A DNA stretch of 64,000 bases from the human T2T-CHM13v2.0 reference genome, Homo sapiens. Below the pieces are notes generated by a model. The model was given only the letters and a program-made list of their open reading frames with translations. It had not been told where the DNA came from and ran no database searches. The stretch lies in the NCBI RefSeq assembly GCF_009914755.1, contig NC_060926.1; one strand, given 5' to 3'. The translations under genes and the position numbers were made by a program. Shown here piece after piece: positions 1 through 14,379 of this stretch. Position 1 is the stretch's first letter. Each line of letters opens with the position of its first letter.

Positions 1-1
1 C

Positions 2-359
<358 letters not shown>

Positions 360-364
360 TAATT

Positions 365-530
365 TTATTTACTTCTCTTAACATCTCATGAGTAAGATAT
401 TATGATAATTCTACCTCTCTACATAAGAAAACTGAGGCACACAGATGTGGAAAAAACTGGCCCCAGGTTACACAACTTGCGAGTGATGGTACTGGGATTT
501 AAACTCAGGTAGTGTCACTCAGAGTCCAAA
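365..530 (-). mobile_element. MIR SINE fragment
   Basis: MIR core: gaaaactgaggcacagatg...ccccaggttacaca...ctgggatttaaactcagg. Confidence 0.75.
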
Positions 531-655
531 CTCCTTGCCCCTGTGTGCTGCTCCCTCACAGGCATGTCTGTGACTGTGTGTACTTGAAGGGCCTGACATG
601 TCCTTGAGCAGGCCAATCAAGCTCTCTGTGCCGGGATCAGTCTGTTGCTCTATTG

Positions 656-725
656 TCCATCCATCCATCCACCCATCATCCTCCATAGGTCATCATCCAT
701 CCATCCACTCATCATCCTCCACAGG
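656..725. repeat. (CCAT)n-based imperfect tandem repeat
   Basis: Two copies of tccatccatccac[c/t]catcatcctcca[t/c]agg. Confidence 0.85.
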
Positions 726-729
726 GCAA

Positions 730-1247
730 GTATGGTCTGAATGTTTATGCCCCACTAAATTCACGTGCTGAAACATAATACCCAGTGTAAGGATATTTGG
801 GCTGGGTGTGGTGGCTTATGCCTTTAATCCCAGCACTTTGGGAGACCGAGGTGGGAGAATCACTTGAGGCCAGGAGTTTGAGACCATCCTGGTCAATGCA
901 GTGAGGCTTCATCTCTATTAAAAAAAAAAATTTTTTTAAAGGATATTTGGAGATGGGCCTTTGGGGGTTGATTAGGTCATGAGGCTTTCATGAGTGGGGT
1001 TACTGCTATTTATAAAAGAGGATTGAGGGAGTTCACTTGTCCTGTCTGCCATGTGAGGTCACATTGAAAAGATGGCTATCTCTGAACCAAGAAGACTCTG
1101 AACTAGGGCCCTCAGCAGACACCAAATCTGCCAGCACCTGGATCTTGGAACTCCCAGCCCCCAGAACTGTAAGCAATAAATGTTTGTTGTTTTTAAACCA
1201 CCCAGTCTATGATATTTTGTCATAGCATTCCCAAACAGAGCAGGACA
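730..1247 (+). mobile_element. MaLR LTR (MST/MLT1A-type) interrupted by an Alu monomer at ~799-930
   Basis: Starts tatggtctgaatgttt and contains ccagaactgtaagcaataaatgtttgttg. The monomer is flanked by an AAGGATATTTGG duplication. Confidence 0.85.
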
Positions 1248-1283
1248 GGGCCAGAGTGATGAAAATTCCTGTTGCTGGGGTCA

Positions 1284-1636
<353 letters not shown>

Positions 1637-1659
1637 GATACTAACAGTGTGGCCTTATA

Positions 1660-1830
1660 CAAGTAACCTACTTGCTTTGGGTCTTGGATTCCTTATCTGC
1701 AAAGTGAGGATGATATTTGTTCCTGCCTCATAATGTTTTCTGCAGATTAAATGACAGGATTCATATAAAAAGCCTACCAGAGTGCCTAATACACCACAGT
1801 AATTGCTCAATAAATAGTGGTTATTGTTGT
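1660..1830 (+). mobile_element. MIR fragment
   Basis: ttccttatctgcaaagtgaggatgata...gattaaatga...gctcaataaatagtggttattg. Confidence 0.7.
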
Positions 1831-2714
1831 TATTTCTCTGGGGCAGTAGCAGTGGGGTCAGGTAAAGCAGTCCCTTGCCTTCAAAATGTGGAGAGTATAT
1901 TACAGGCACAATGCCTCGGGGGAACACTGGCAGCACTGAGAAAATGGTTCTGAGCCCTGAGCCCTCTCTGGGTCACTGGACAAGAACAAACAGGCTTAAG
2001 GCCTGGGGTAAGCACAGTGTTGTTTGCAGAGCTCACTGCTGCAAATAGCAGCCACCTGCGGGCTGGACAGTAGCACGTCCACCCTCTGGCAAAGGACGGG
2101 CGAGATGCGGATGAGAAAAGGACAGGAGACAGCCAGGCACTGCTCTGAGTCAGGAGCATGAGGACATGAACAGAGTGATGTCAGAGGAAAGGCAGCGTGT
2201 GTTGGCTCAGCAGGTAGAAGGGAAGGAATGGGGCACATGTCAATTCAAAAATGGCTTCTTCCTAAGTGCGAGCAGGGTTATCTGTGGGGAGCCGGTCCCT
2301 TGGCCCAGCCTCACTATCGCAACAGGCCTCAAATGTAGGAGTCTGAAGTCATGACTAATGAGGCACACGATTGCTGCCTGAGATAAACCCACAGGATTAA
2401 AATAAATTGTCTTTTCTTAGGGAGTTGAAAACTTGGATCCTACTTCCAAGAGTACACTGTAAATTAATATTTTCAAAGTAAATTCTGTAATTATCTTGTG
2501 AATAACATAGTTGTGTTGCACTCTATTTTTGCGTTATAGATGGTTAAAACATTTGAAGTATCCCACAATATGTATAATCCCACAAATCTTGCTACAGCAT
2601 TTTTTAAAAATTATTTTTTAGTAAGTCAGGAGGCTTCAAAGAGGAAGTGGAATAAGCTAGGAGATGAATCCTGTGAAACTTTGAAAATCCTTTGAAACAA
2701 ACTGGACCTAAGGG

Positions 2715-3199
2715 TGTTACGGGTTTGTGTCCCCCTAAAAGATATGTTGAAGTCCTAATCTCCAGGGTCTCAGAATGTGACCTCATTTGGAAATAGGGTC
2801 ACCGTAGATACAGTGAGTTAAAATGAGGTCATCCTAGAGCAGCACGGGTTCTTAATCCAATATGACTGGTGTCCTTGTAGGAGGAGTAGAGACAGAGAGG
2901 AGAATGCCATGTGAAGAGACAGAGACACAAAAGGAGAAGATGGGGTGTGACAATGGAGGTAGAGCTTGGAGTGAGGCATCTACAAGCCAAGGAACTCCAA
3001 GGATTGTCAGCAACCACCAGAAGCTGGAAGAGACAGGAAGAATTCACCCCCAAGTTTCAGAAGGAGCCTGGCCCTTCTGACTCCTTGATTTCAGACTTCT
3101 AGCACCCAGAACTGCAAGACAATAAATGTCTATTGCTGCAGGCCACCCAGTTGGTGGTACTTTGTTACTTTGTTACACTGTCCCTAGGAAACTGATACA
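2715..3199 (+). mobile_element. MaLR solo LTR (MLT1B/C-type)
   Basis: TG...CA ends. Contains aaaagatatgttgaagtcctaa...gaatgtgacctcatttggaaatagggtc and ccctaggaaactgataca. Confidence 0.88.
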
Positions 3200-3569
3200 A
3201 ACAGTTGTTTTTTCATTTGTTTTCACAGATTCAGGCATCTGTTAGAACAAGGTCCCTTGCATTGTATTATGTAACTCAGCATATAATAGTTGCTCAGTAA
3301 ATGCATGTATGAATGAATGAATGGATCTCAAAGAGCCTCTGGGATTCACCTTGACTGCCTATTTACCTCCAGCCTCTAGCCCTTGAATACTGAACTGCTT
3401 CCCAACTTAACAGGAATGCAAAGGTTCCCAGGTGTGAAAAACCAAGGCAGCAGCAAATAGACCCAGAGGGTACTGGGGCATCTGAGACACTGAGTTGGCC
3501 ACACAGCCTTGGCCTCAGATCTGCCCCTTACCTCTGAGCAGCCTTGAGCTACACACTTGGTCTTTTCGT

Positions 3570-3672
3570 CTTTTTCAGACTGAGTGTCACTGTGTTGTCC
3601 ACGCTGGCCTTGAACTCCTGGGCTCAAGCTTCCCAAGTAGCTGGCGCTACAGGTACAAGCCACCATACCTGG
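3570..3672 (-). mobile_element. Old Alu monomer (FLAM-like) fragment
   Basis: gctggccttgaactcctgggctcaag...tcccaagtagctgg. Confidence 0.8.
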
Positions 3673-5769
3673 TTTCTTTTCCATCTTTTATAAAGTAAGT
3701 CATAGACGATTGACTTGACTGGTTGATTTGCCTGGGAAACAATTCCTTGTAATTAAAGATGAGTATCACTTCAATGTTAAGTGCACATTTTGGGTGATAA
3801 AAGCTGTAACTCAGTGTTTCTGCTTCTCCATACACTACACACAAACACTTGTACATATACATATGTAGAGTGTGTGTATGGGTTTCTGATTTTGGTGTAA
3901 ACACCATTTGATTTGATATATTATGATCTTTACAATTAGTCTAATGCAACTCTTACTGTATATGCAACCATTAGATTGAAAATATATTATTAAACATGTC
4001 AGCTATGGAAAGATGACATGTAACAAAAGGAAAAGAAATAGTAAAACAAAAATCAACTCATTAAAGCATATGTGTTTTCAGAAGTATTGGACATTTACAA
4101 TTCTTCAAAATGTGTAACTTCAAACATATCCAATTTATGCCTCACTAGAAAAAGTTGTATTTTGTTATTTATCCTTAGATGGAAATAGGTTAATTTCTAA
4201 CAAAGAACCATCGTGACTTAGAACTGGCACCCCCAGTCAACCACAGACAGTTGCTGGGAGGATCAGATGGGAAAGAGAATGACTATGTGCTCACCATCTG
4301 TTTCCCATATTGCCTGAGAGAAGATCCAGATAATCTGAGTTTTCAGGGCAGCTAGCCTTCACATCAGTTGCCAGAAAGAGAAATGCTTCCTGCCACTTCT
4401 AAACTGACCACACTACCATAAGTATACCTCACGTTCAGTGGTCAGAATCTCCATTGCCTGCTGTGATTTGAATAATACGATGCCAAAAAATCTAGAGAAC
4501 TATGACCCATCTAGATTGTACACTTTTGGGTACAAGTGTTTTAGATGTGACACTTGGTTACTCTGGGGCCTTTCTCTCTGAATTTACACAGGCCTGTCTG
4601 CCTGCCAAGCAGTGTGGATTTCAGTAGCTTGCCAGAGGGTTAGCCAGACTGGGGTTTAAATTGGGGGCATGTTGCTTAAAATCAGATATTGGCATAGACC
4701 TGACATGAACATACTTTTGTAAACATTTAAAAATAATCTTGCCTAGAGGTTTTCTGACCATGGTCTTTAAAGCCCTTGTGGTTGTACGGAGTTCACTTGG
4801 GGTTACTCCAGTGGAAGCTTACTGTAGAATTGCTCTATTTCCCGCCCCTCTCTTTTTACGTATCGCGATTTTTCTCTTGAAAGGCAAAGCAGAACTTGGT
4901 TTCTAAAATTTTAATGCATGATAGCAGGCATTCGGTAGTTATTGAATGGCCTAAAATATTAAAAATATATGTACTTCGTGAATTTTGGATTAGCAGATGC
5001 TAAATAATGTCACTGCTTATGAAAGTGGACCAGACGAAAAGGCCTAGTCACTGAAAGCTGTGTGAATGGTATACAGGTATTCAGGTATACCTTCCTCTTG
5101 ACACGGTCTTGTGGGTATTTCACACAGCATGGACTGTACCCCCTGGGAAAGAAAGAGGAAACCAAGTGAAGAGAACTCAGAGGTCTTGAGGTCTCTTCAT
5201 GACCTTTAACTGCTCCTTGTAAATAGGGAAACCAAACACACATGCAATCAAACAACTCCCCAAGCCCATGTGGCTGAAGCCACAAGGCCCAGCTGCCATG
5301 TGGGGGTGGGTGATCTGGGTCCATATGTTATTATTCCCATCACCACCAGCTCTGGTGGAGCCCCTCTCTGAGACCCGTCCTCAACACTGCCTAGAGACAA
5401 GACACATCACAGGCAGCATCTCCCTTCTGTTGTAGCCAGGCTGAGACCACAGAGAGGTATGGCGGCCCACCTCACTGGGCACTAGGGGAAACCTGCAAGG
5501 CCTGAAGTTCTCAAGTTTCCCTCTGTTTGCTGGCCAAATGGGCTCCTCACCTTGTAGTCATGGCTATTTTGCAATTTTCAAAAATCAAGTAAAAGTAGCA
5601 CTTTTACTAAGCAATTCTTATGCAAATGCACACACATACATGCACACACACACACACAACCAGGAGATATAATCAATGCAAATGATACCTGCAGGCATGT
5701 GAAACGAGCTTGTGCTGGAGACATTGGGTAGACCAGCAAGTATGACTCTGCCCCACAAATCAAAGCATT

Positions 5770-6235
5770 TTTCCAGCAAATATTTATTAAGTGCCAACTA
5801 TGTGCTAGGAACCATTTGCAGTGCTACGGATACAGTGATGACTAAAATAGACGAATTCCTGTGCCTCCTGTGCTTACATCCTAATGAAGGAGATAGATGA
5901 TATGCACACAGACAGATAAATATTCTTACAGGAGGGACAAGCTATCTGGGAGAGCCAGAGAGACCCCAAGAAGGAGAAGTTGGAGCACGGTCCTCAATGA
6001 AATGAGAGGGAGCCAAGTGCATGACTGAGGGAGACCCTTCTGGACCAAGGAAACAGCAAATACAAAGGCCCTAGGGAGGAATGTGCTATTCAAGTAAAAG
6101 AGAAACCAAGGAGGCTGGGAGAGAACGATGGGAGAAGATGGGCAGGAGACAGCTAGGAATACCACCTGGATCAAATCTTACTGGCCCTTATGATACTTTT
6201 GAAGGTTTTGAGTCAGGGAGTGGCATCTATGTGCA
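5770..6235 (-). mobile_element. L2 LINE 3' fragment
   Basis: cagcaaatatttattaagtgccaactatgtgctagg...acagcaaatacaaaggccctagg. Confidence 0.75.
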
Positions 6236-7873
6236 GTGTGGTCCACATGGATAAATCTTGAAAAGGGTATTTATCTGTACTGCTGAGGATTGGGCAGTGT
6301 CTTTGGTTGAGTATTTAGGGATGGCCAGAGGGCCACTTTTGCTTACAGAAAGCAAGTTCAAGCTCAAGTCTCAGACATTATGGAGCTAATTAGGGAGTGG
6401 GCATCACTCTGTCCACATTTCTGTCCTCCCTCCTGCTCCCCATCCTCTGGGACTCACCCTCCACTCCAGGCTTCTAGGGAAGGTGAGCTGTGAGAAAAGA
6501 CAAAACAAAAGCCAGTTAATTCGAGTCTTTCAACTTGGCCCAAGTTTAGGTAATGGAGGGGCTGATGCTGATTGGAGGTCTGGGAAGTAGCTGAGCAATG
6601 TGGGTCTTTTGTGTTTGCTCTTTGCTTTCTTTAGATTCATTTATCCAGCCCCAGCCTTGCTCTTTTATTTGCTTATTTTTTTATTTTACTGCTTCTTTAT
6701 TTTTGAGCCTTTGAACTCACCCTTCTGGAAAATAGGTTCCCACTTGTACCAGCCCACCCTGTCCACGCCACACCTCTGCCACCTCAGGAAAAACCTGAGG
6801 CCAGGAGAGTTGTGATTCTCTTCTTTGATTTCAAAAGGTTTCATGGAAAAAAATGGCTTTGGGAGATAATACAGGAACACTTGATGCACAACACATAATC
6901 ATTCAGCCTTGCAAATACTTTAAAAGTTAGCTGAGAGACAAATCATAGGCATTGACATCAATTCTCTCTGTGTTCTAACTCCAGGAGAAAATACAAGGGA
7001 AAAGGGAAAAGTGGAGGAAATAGGGCTTATCTCCTTCTTCTAAATAGTGACTTCAGAGCTTGGAAATACAAGATGAACTGGAATGCATGCCCTTTCCTGC
7101 CTCTTTCCGCTGCCATCAACTCCACATGCTCTCCAAGAAGCCCTGCCAGACCCTCTCCATCCTTCCCTCCTCCTCACCCCAACCTCCGGGTTCCACCCTT
7201 CAGTGTCAAAACCACCACCACCACCACCACAGAGTGGGGAAGGAGATGGGAGGAGCAGTGTTTTAACCTGCTGCACATGGACTGAAATACAGCTCTGAAG
7301 GCGGAAATAAAAACAAAGCCCTCCCATTAGAATGAAATCCAATCTCCTTGCCTCAGGCCCACTTCCTGCCCCTCCGTGCTCAGGCCACACTCTGGACTCA
7401 CTGCCTCAAGTGCTTAAGCTCCCTGCTCAAACAGCGCCTGCCCATCGCTCTCCACGCCCCTGCCTCGCTGTATTGCCGTATTGCCTGCATGCTGCTCATC
7501 ACCTCTACCTTCCGCTGTAGAGCTGTCTATCTGGGTGTGACCTGACCTCTCCCAGGGGGAACGGGCTGCTAAGAGTTGGGACTGCAGGGGCTTGTTTCAT
7601 GCTGTGAATTAGTTCCTGGCATGCAGAAGGTACACACAAAAACAAATGAGAACAGAAGTTTGAGTAGCATAATACACTAGAAATTACTTCTTATTTATGG
7701 TATTCATTTTAGACATGGAGAAAATGAGGCCTAGAAAGGTTAGAGTGGCTTCCCCAAAGCCACATGACCAGGGAGCAGTGGGGTCAGGCCTAGAAGTCCA
7801 GGGGTCCTGATTCTTCCAGACTGGTGTTCATCCAAACACCCCACCCTCACCCACAGTGGCCTTTGGTGTGTTC

Positions 7874-7913
7874 TCTCTGTGTCTCTCTCATGCACACACA
7901 CACACACACACAC
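7874..7913. repeat. (CT)/(CA)n microsatellite
   Basis: Direct read. Confidence 0.9.
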
Positions 7914-8577
7914 TCCTTCTAATGGGCCACAAGGGAAATCTCAAGTAAATGATATTCAGTAGTAGTTTCCTGCCCCAACATTCAAAATTTGAGCCAAGAG
8001 AGAAAGGAAGTTGAGAGCTACTAAGTAAACATTTAAAGCCTACAAGGCAGAGATCTTCTCCAAATTTGACAGATAAAGCACTGGGCCTTGAAGAAGCAGA
8101 GAAGGTAAGAGGCTTTGCTCAGTAGCTCCACCAACAAGCTGCGTTGCTGACTCAGAGCCCTTTGTCATAACAGCACTGCTGGGCCCCTCATTAGACTGCC
8201 TGCACCAAGGCTGAGGTCTCCTGTTGGTTGTCCCCATCTCTGGTGGATGCCCTTGTGACTGCATGACCTACAGTCTCTCAAGTTCTTAACAAGCCACATC
8301 GGCTTTGGGGCAGCAGCCCTACCTTTGATTCAGAGCTTAGGGTGTGTGCCTTCGAGGCTGAGAGGAGTGTGCAGGCATAGCTGGCACTTTCTAGAATGAC
8401 AGCTCATCTGCCTGCCCACCCCCCCGTGAAGGTGCCAGGGACTGAGATAACCCAAAGGCACTCACCCTCCCAGGAGTACCTCTCATCCTCCCCTGTGCAT
8501 TAGCTCCTAGGGTCAGTGGATGCTCCCAGCTAGAGATTACTGGGCAAAGCCACCTTTAAAATGAACAAACTTGCACA

Positions 8578-8702
8578 TATAGTTCCCCCAGCTACTCAGG
8601 AGGCTGACGCAGGAGGATCACTTGAACCCAGGAGTTGGAGTCCAGCATGGGCAACATGGCAGGTGAGACCCCCATCTCTAAAAAACAAAAAAGAAAAGAA
8701 AA
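8578..8702 (+). mobile_element. Alu monomer fragment (FLAM-like)
   Basis: cccagctactcaggaggctga...ggatcacttgaacccaggagt, followed by an A-rich tail. Confidence 0.85.
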
Positions 8703-9559
8703 ATCAATGAGCCCAGCTAGCACTTAGCAAGTGTGGGCATAAACATGCATGTTCAATGTTCAAGCACCAGAGGACACACACGAACACCCCTCACAGTTTT
8801 ATTTTAGGTCAGAAGTAGGCAACCTTGGAGTTGGAACTTGGAAACAGGCATATGTTAGTGTCATACAGAGGACAGATGAGACAGAATCTGAGGGCCTCCA
8901 CAGGGCAGAATGAGGCTTAAGAGAGTTCCAGGGAAGTTAATACAGAGAAAGACTTCCTAACAACTAGAGCTGCCTGAAAAAGCAGCAGCCTGTCTGGCAC
9001 GGCAGTGGCTGCTGTGGCTCAAAGGGTATGGAACATGAATGCACAGCCCCTGAATAGAAACGCTGAGGGGACTTCAGCCTCCAGGATCCTTCCAACACTA
9101 AGACTCTGAGACATCTTGAAATAGTTCACTTACTGCTGTCTGGTGTCAAATCATCATTTCCTAAAGTCACTATGACTCATGGTTCCTGAGGACAACTTTT
9201 GTCCCCATATCCCAGAGGTATTCACTTTGAAGTTTTAAGAAAGAAGACAAACTTGTAAGCAGGGAGTTTGTGTTTGGCTGTCAGTGATAACTTACAGATA
9301 TTTCTCATCTCCCTCTCCCTGTGATATATTTTAAAAGTATATTACTATAGGGAGTATACTTGGAGGAAACTGTCAAAACGTCTTCAAAACCCAAGGAGTT
9401 AAAATTGATGTCCTGCTTTCAGAAACAGCCAGGTAAATCCTTCCATTGACTAAAACTCTCTGCTCAGCACCCTCACTCAACTGTCTGGGAGCAATAAGGA
9501 GGACTTGCTAATCCTCTTCAAGGAGCAGAGAAATATTTGCCATTACACTTGTGAGCCTG

Positions 9560-9745
9560 CCATGTGACCCTGGGAAAGCTGCTTAGCTTCTCTGAGCCTC
9601 AGTTTCCTCATGTGAAATGTGGAGGTTAGACTAGTGCCTACTGTACAGAGTTACTGGTAGCATTAAATTAAATAATGCATGGAATGCACTTACACTATCA
9701 GACACACAATAAATACTAAAAAAGAGGTTAGCTACCGTTATTATT
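9560..9745 (+). mobile_element. MIR
   Basis: tgtgaccctgggaaag...ctctgagcctcagtttcctca...attaaattaaataatgcatg. Confidence 0.8.
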
Positions 9746-9974
9746 AACATCATCAGCATCATCCTTATTAGAAATTACTACTGTAAAGAGAGTACAGTAC
9801 TTATGAATACAACCAGGTCTCTATTCTGGATTTGCCACTCTTAGCATTAGAATAGCACAAACATGTCAGGTTCATCAATGTTTTTCTTGTTGTGCCTGGG
9901 ATGTCATCCAGGCTGGCACAGGGTGCATGATACTAAGATAAAACACTTCTGAGACAGGTGACATTGCCTACTCT

Positions 9975-10020
9975 TGCTACCCAAAGTGTGGTCGATAGAC
10001 CTGCAGCATTGGCCTCACCT
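9975..10020. mobile_element. MER5A-like hAT-Charlie fragment
   Basis: caaagtgtggtc...agacctgcagcattggcctcacctgagagcttgctagaaa. Confidence 0.65.
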
Positions 10021-10032
10021 GAGAGCTTGCTA

Positions 10033-10445
<413 letters not shown>

Positions 10446-11094
10446 TTAACTGAGCATTAGAGATATTGTTTCCCTTTAAAATGGTCCAACCCCCAACTCC
10501 CCACTCAGCCAAACACTCTCATCAACTTGGTATATTCTAGGTGCTCTTGGGCAGTGAAAGACTGTCTTTCTAATAGCATGTGATGAGCCAAAGTAAAATG
10601 GATGACTTACTAGATAGAGGAAGCTCATTTTAGAGTTTTAGACCAGTGAAAGGATTTACCTGGCTATTTCTGAAAGCAGGACATCAATTTTAACTCCGGG
10701 GTTTAGAGGATGTTCTGACAGTGCCATTCAAGTACACTACCTATACTGATGTGCTTTATAAATATATCACAGGGAAAGAGAGATGAGAAATATATGTGAG
10801 TTCTCATTGACAGCCAAACATAAACTCATATTTAAATGAACCACAAAAGCATCTCTGTATTGTGGCCTTCAGAAAATTAGCTGAACATTCCTCCAACATC
10901 TGCCACAATGTCTGACATATAATAGTTGCCCAAAATATAACTGATATATTAATTTTTAAATTGTAGCATTTTTTAGTCTCTAAAGAATTAAAGTAATTTA
11001 TTCTAAAATTCTAGGCCTACCACAATCTGGATACATATGACAGAAAAATACTAAACAACTGTATCTTAAAATTTAAAATTCTCTCTCATATAAA

Positions 11095-11470
11095 ACAAGT
11101 GCGGAGATAAGCAGTCTCAGGCTACTTCAAGGCATTATTAATAACCCAGGCTCTTTCTTTTCTTCTCTATAAACTTCAACATATGCCATTCTCAAATCAC
11201 CTCCTAGCACAAGACGGCTGCTGGAACTCCAGCCACCCCATCTGCAGTCCATGTAGCAGGAAGAAAGGAGGAAATGGATATGCATCTTCCCAGAGTCCCC
11301 CAGAATATTTCTGCCTATATCTCATTGTTTAGAGCCAGCCATGTGCCACACTTAATTGCAAAGGAGGGTGGAAAGTGTTATCTTTAATTCTGAGCATTAA
11401 GAAGCTCAGCTAAAAATCAAGGTTGGGTGATTAAGGAGGAAGAGAAGATATTGGGATAGGCAACTAGGGA
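11095..11470. mobile_element. Old MaLR LTR (MLT1J/K/L-type)
   Basis: acccaggctctttc...caagacggctgctggaactccagcc...attgcaaaggagggtggaaagtg resembles old MLT1 consensus. Confidence 0.6.
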
Positions 11471-11760
11471 TGTCTGCCAAATCTTGAACCCCCTTCCAGC
11501 TGAACCTGCCGTCTGCTCGCTCTCATCTGTCCTGCCCTACAAAGATGCTCATGTACTTGTTGTCTCCTGACACGGCACTTCGGTGTCCTGCTCATCGTGT
11601 TGTCCTGGCTTGGCATGCCTCTGGCTTCTCTTCGCTGCCAGCGGCTTCCTCCTTCCAGGCTCCTATCAGGACCCTCCTCCTCCACAGAGCATCATGACCT
11701 CATTTTCCAGGAGATGCCACTCCTTGCATTTTACCTTGTTGTTAAAAATTTACCTCTAAT

Positions 11761-12082
11761 GTCAGGTGCAGTGGCTCACACCTGTAATCCCAGCACTTTG
11801 GGAGGATGAGGTGGGCAGACCACTTGAGGTCAGGAGTTTGAGACCAGCCTGGCCACCAGGGTGAAACTCCATCTCTACTAAAAATACAAAAATTAGCCGG
11901 GCATGGTGGCATCCGCCTGTAATCCCAGCTACTCGGGAGGCTGAGGCAGGAGAATCACTTGGACCCAGGAGGCGGAGGTTGTAGTGAGCTGAGATGGTGC
12001 CACTGTACTTCAGCCTGGGTGAAGGAACAAGACTGCCTCTCAAAAAAGAAAAAAAAAAAAAAAAGAAAAGAAAGAAAGAAAA
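11761..12082 (+). mobile_element. AluS-type
   Basis: Dimeric Alu with an A/GAAA tail and TSD AAAATTTACCTC. Confidence 0.94.
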
Positions 12083-14379
12083 TTTACCTCCAAAATGATA
12101 GGATGAGCTTGTCAGGCCCAGGACCAATTTTGTTTTTTAACAAAGTTCCTGTCACAGTAAGCTCACCCCTTTTTGTGAATATGCCATACATATTTGGTTT
12201 TGTTGTCAATGGCGGTGATAAGCAAGAGCTTGATAAGCAGAGCTGTAAGGTTTGGGTAATATTTCGGTTTGTCAAACTCCCTCGGCTCCTACGAATAATA
12301 TCACAAAACTGTACTGTCTCTCTAACCCTCTTTGGAGTAGAACTAGTCCAAGGTGCTGTTAGCTAATCTTAAAGGAATATGGAGATGTGGAGAGTGATAA
12401 AATTATTGTATAGACTTTACAGAAGACATTAAAAAAATTTTATAAGCCCTATTTGTGGATGAAGTCTGGGTCTCCGGGGTAGTTTTTGGTCTCTGCTTAA
12501 CTTTGCAGAGTATTGAAGCTCTTAGAATCAGAGGTTAGAAAATTAGAAAATTATCATATTATGAAGTCTTATCTTCCTATTACACAGATGAGCAAACTGA
12601 GATAAACTGGGCTTAGAGAGAAAATGTTATGGCCAACATAGAACCAGAGTTAGGAGGCTCTTCTCCAGACACACTCCAGGTTCCTTAACACTGCACCACA
12701 TCACCAAGTTAGACGACCTTTGTTTCCTTCTCTAAAGACATCTGAGACAAATACTCTATTGGGCCATTTCAGTACCCATTGTTCTTTCTTCTCTAGCCTC
12801 TCCTCCTTGTCAGAAGCCCAGACATAGACTCTCCAGTTGAGCAAGGGTAGAGTGAAGAATTTACATGTTAAACTAATCTAGGCCTTTGAAGACCTCGATT
12901 TAGAAATGGGGACCCTCAAATCTTGGCTTAGCCTCCCTTTCCTGCCTAGGGCCTGGACACTATGAAGCATTCCCATGATCTAAGCCAACAAGCCATTGTC
13001 ATTGCCGTATTACATTTACATTTAGACCTTGCCATTGTTTTGGTTTTTTTCTTTTCTCAGATCTCTATTTCTGGACTAAATAGAGAAGTGACATGAAACA
13101 GTTCAGCAAACACAGCTGTCTGGGGCAGCCCCATGCCTCTGGGAATGCAGTTGCTTCTCCTCCAGTAACACCAAGGAGCCAGCTCGCACTGAAAGGTCAT
13201 TGGCTACCAAGCTGGCTCTGAGGTGTCTGAAATGCGACAGTTGTTTGGCGTCCACTAATGCTGGTTTTACTCATGAGTTTGGCTTGTTTCTGGAAGCAAC
13301 CACGGATTATTATGACTACCGAGGCATACTATTTATTGAGTGCTTACGGTGTAAACAAAAAAGGGAATATGCCTGCTTCAAAAAGAAGCTAGCGAAGGCA
13401 ATGCACATGTCTTGGGAAGAGAAATACATTTCATTTTGGCCGCTCAACAAATGATCCCACAATAGCTCTTGGAGGTCTCCCATCTCACACAAACCTATTC
13501 CTCATTCCCTGCCTGAACCAGGGAGGGTGCTGGTACCTGTGAGAGACAGAGGAGGTGTGAAGGAGGTTGGCCACAGCCCGAGTCACACGTCCCCAACCTC
13601 TTTTCTTTCCAGAGGGCCACATGGGCTTACATCTCAGCCAAGACAGAATCTCCCTTACATCAAACACTACCCACAGGACATTACAGGGATTCAACAATGC
13701 TCCTTCTGAAAGACTGAAAAATGACTCCAACCAGACTCTTCATAGCACCATCAGCTTACTGAAAACTGGAAGAACTCTAATATCTTCTAATCCAATCTTC
13801 CTGGCTTCCACACAACATTCCTATCAGATAATTTTTTTTCCCAAAGACTGGGATTCCCCAGTTTTGTGAGGCAAATTTATTAGCAATGCCCCAGTTTGGT
13901 TCTGTAATTGTTCAACACAAAATCTTTGAGTGGCAAAGACTCAGGCTAGAGTAAGAAAGAAACTTAAGACAAACAAATTCTACAGTCTTGTAACTTAAAG
14001 ATGAGGAGCCAGCTAAGGCTTTTCAGCAGAGGAGTCTCTGGTTCTATCCCTTGCAGCACGTTAGGATCACCTGGGATCTTTGTTCTTCATCTTGCCATTG
14101 ACGATACGAAGCTTGTACTTCTTCTAAATACAGACTTCTCAACTATCTGGTCCAAGAATGGAACAAAAATGGAAGGCCTCATGTGCTACAAAAGAGGGTT
14201 ACATTCCATGTCTTTAAAGAAAACCTTCAAACACCTGAAAGTCTCTCTATAAAGCTTCCTCTACTATCTTCCTCAAATGGAATTGACTATTCTCTGCTTT
14301 GTGTTCCTAGCATGGCCTAAGAATGTTTTTCATAGCACAACAACAATACTTTATTTGGTGGTATACCAGAGCCGGCTAG

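Noticed and set aside
7060-7298. Poly-His/Thr/Pro/Gly ORFs
   Set aside because: These are different frames of a (CAC)n microsatellite at ~7211-7230.
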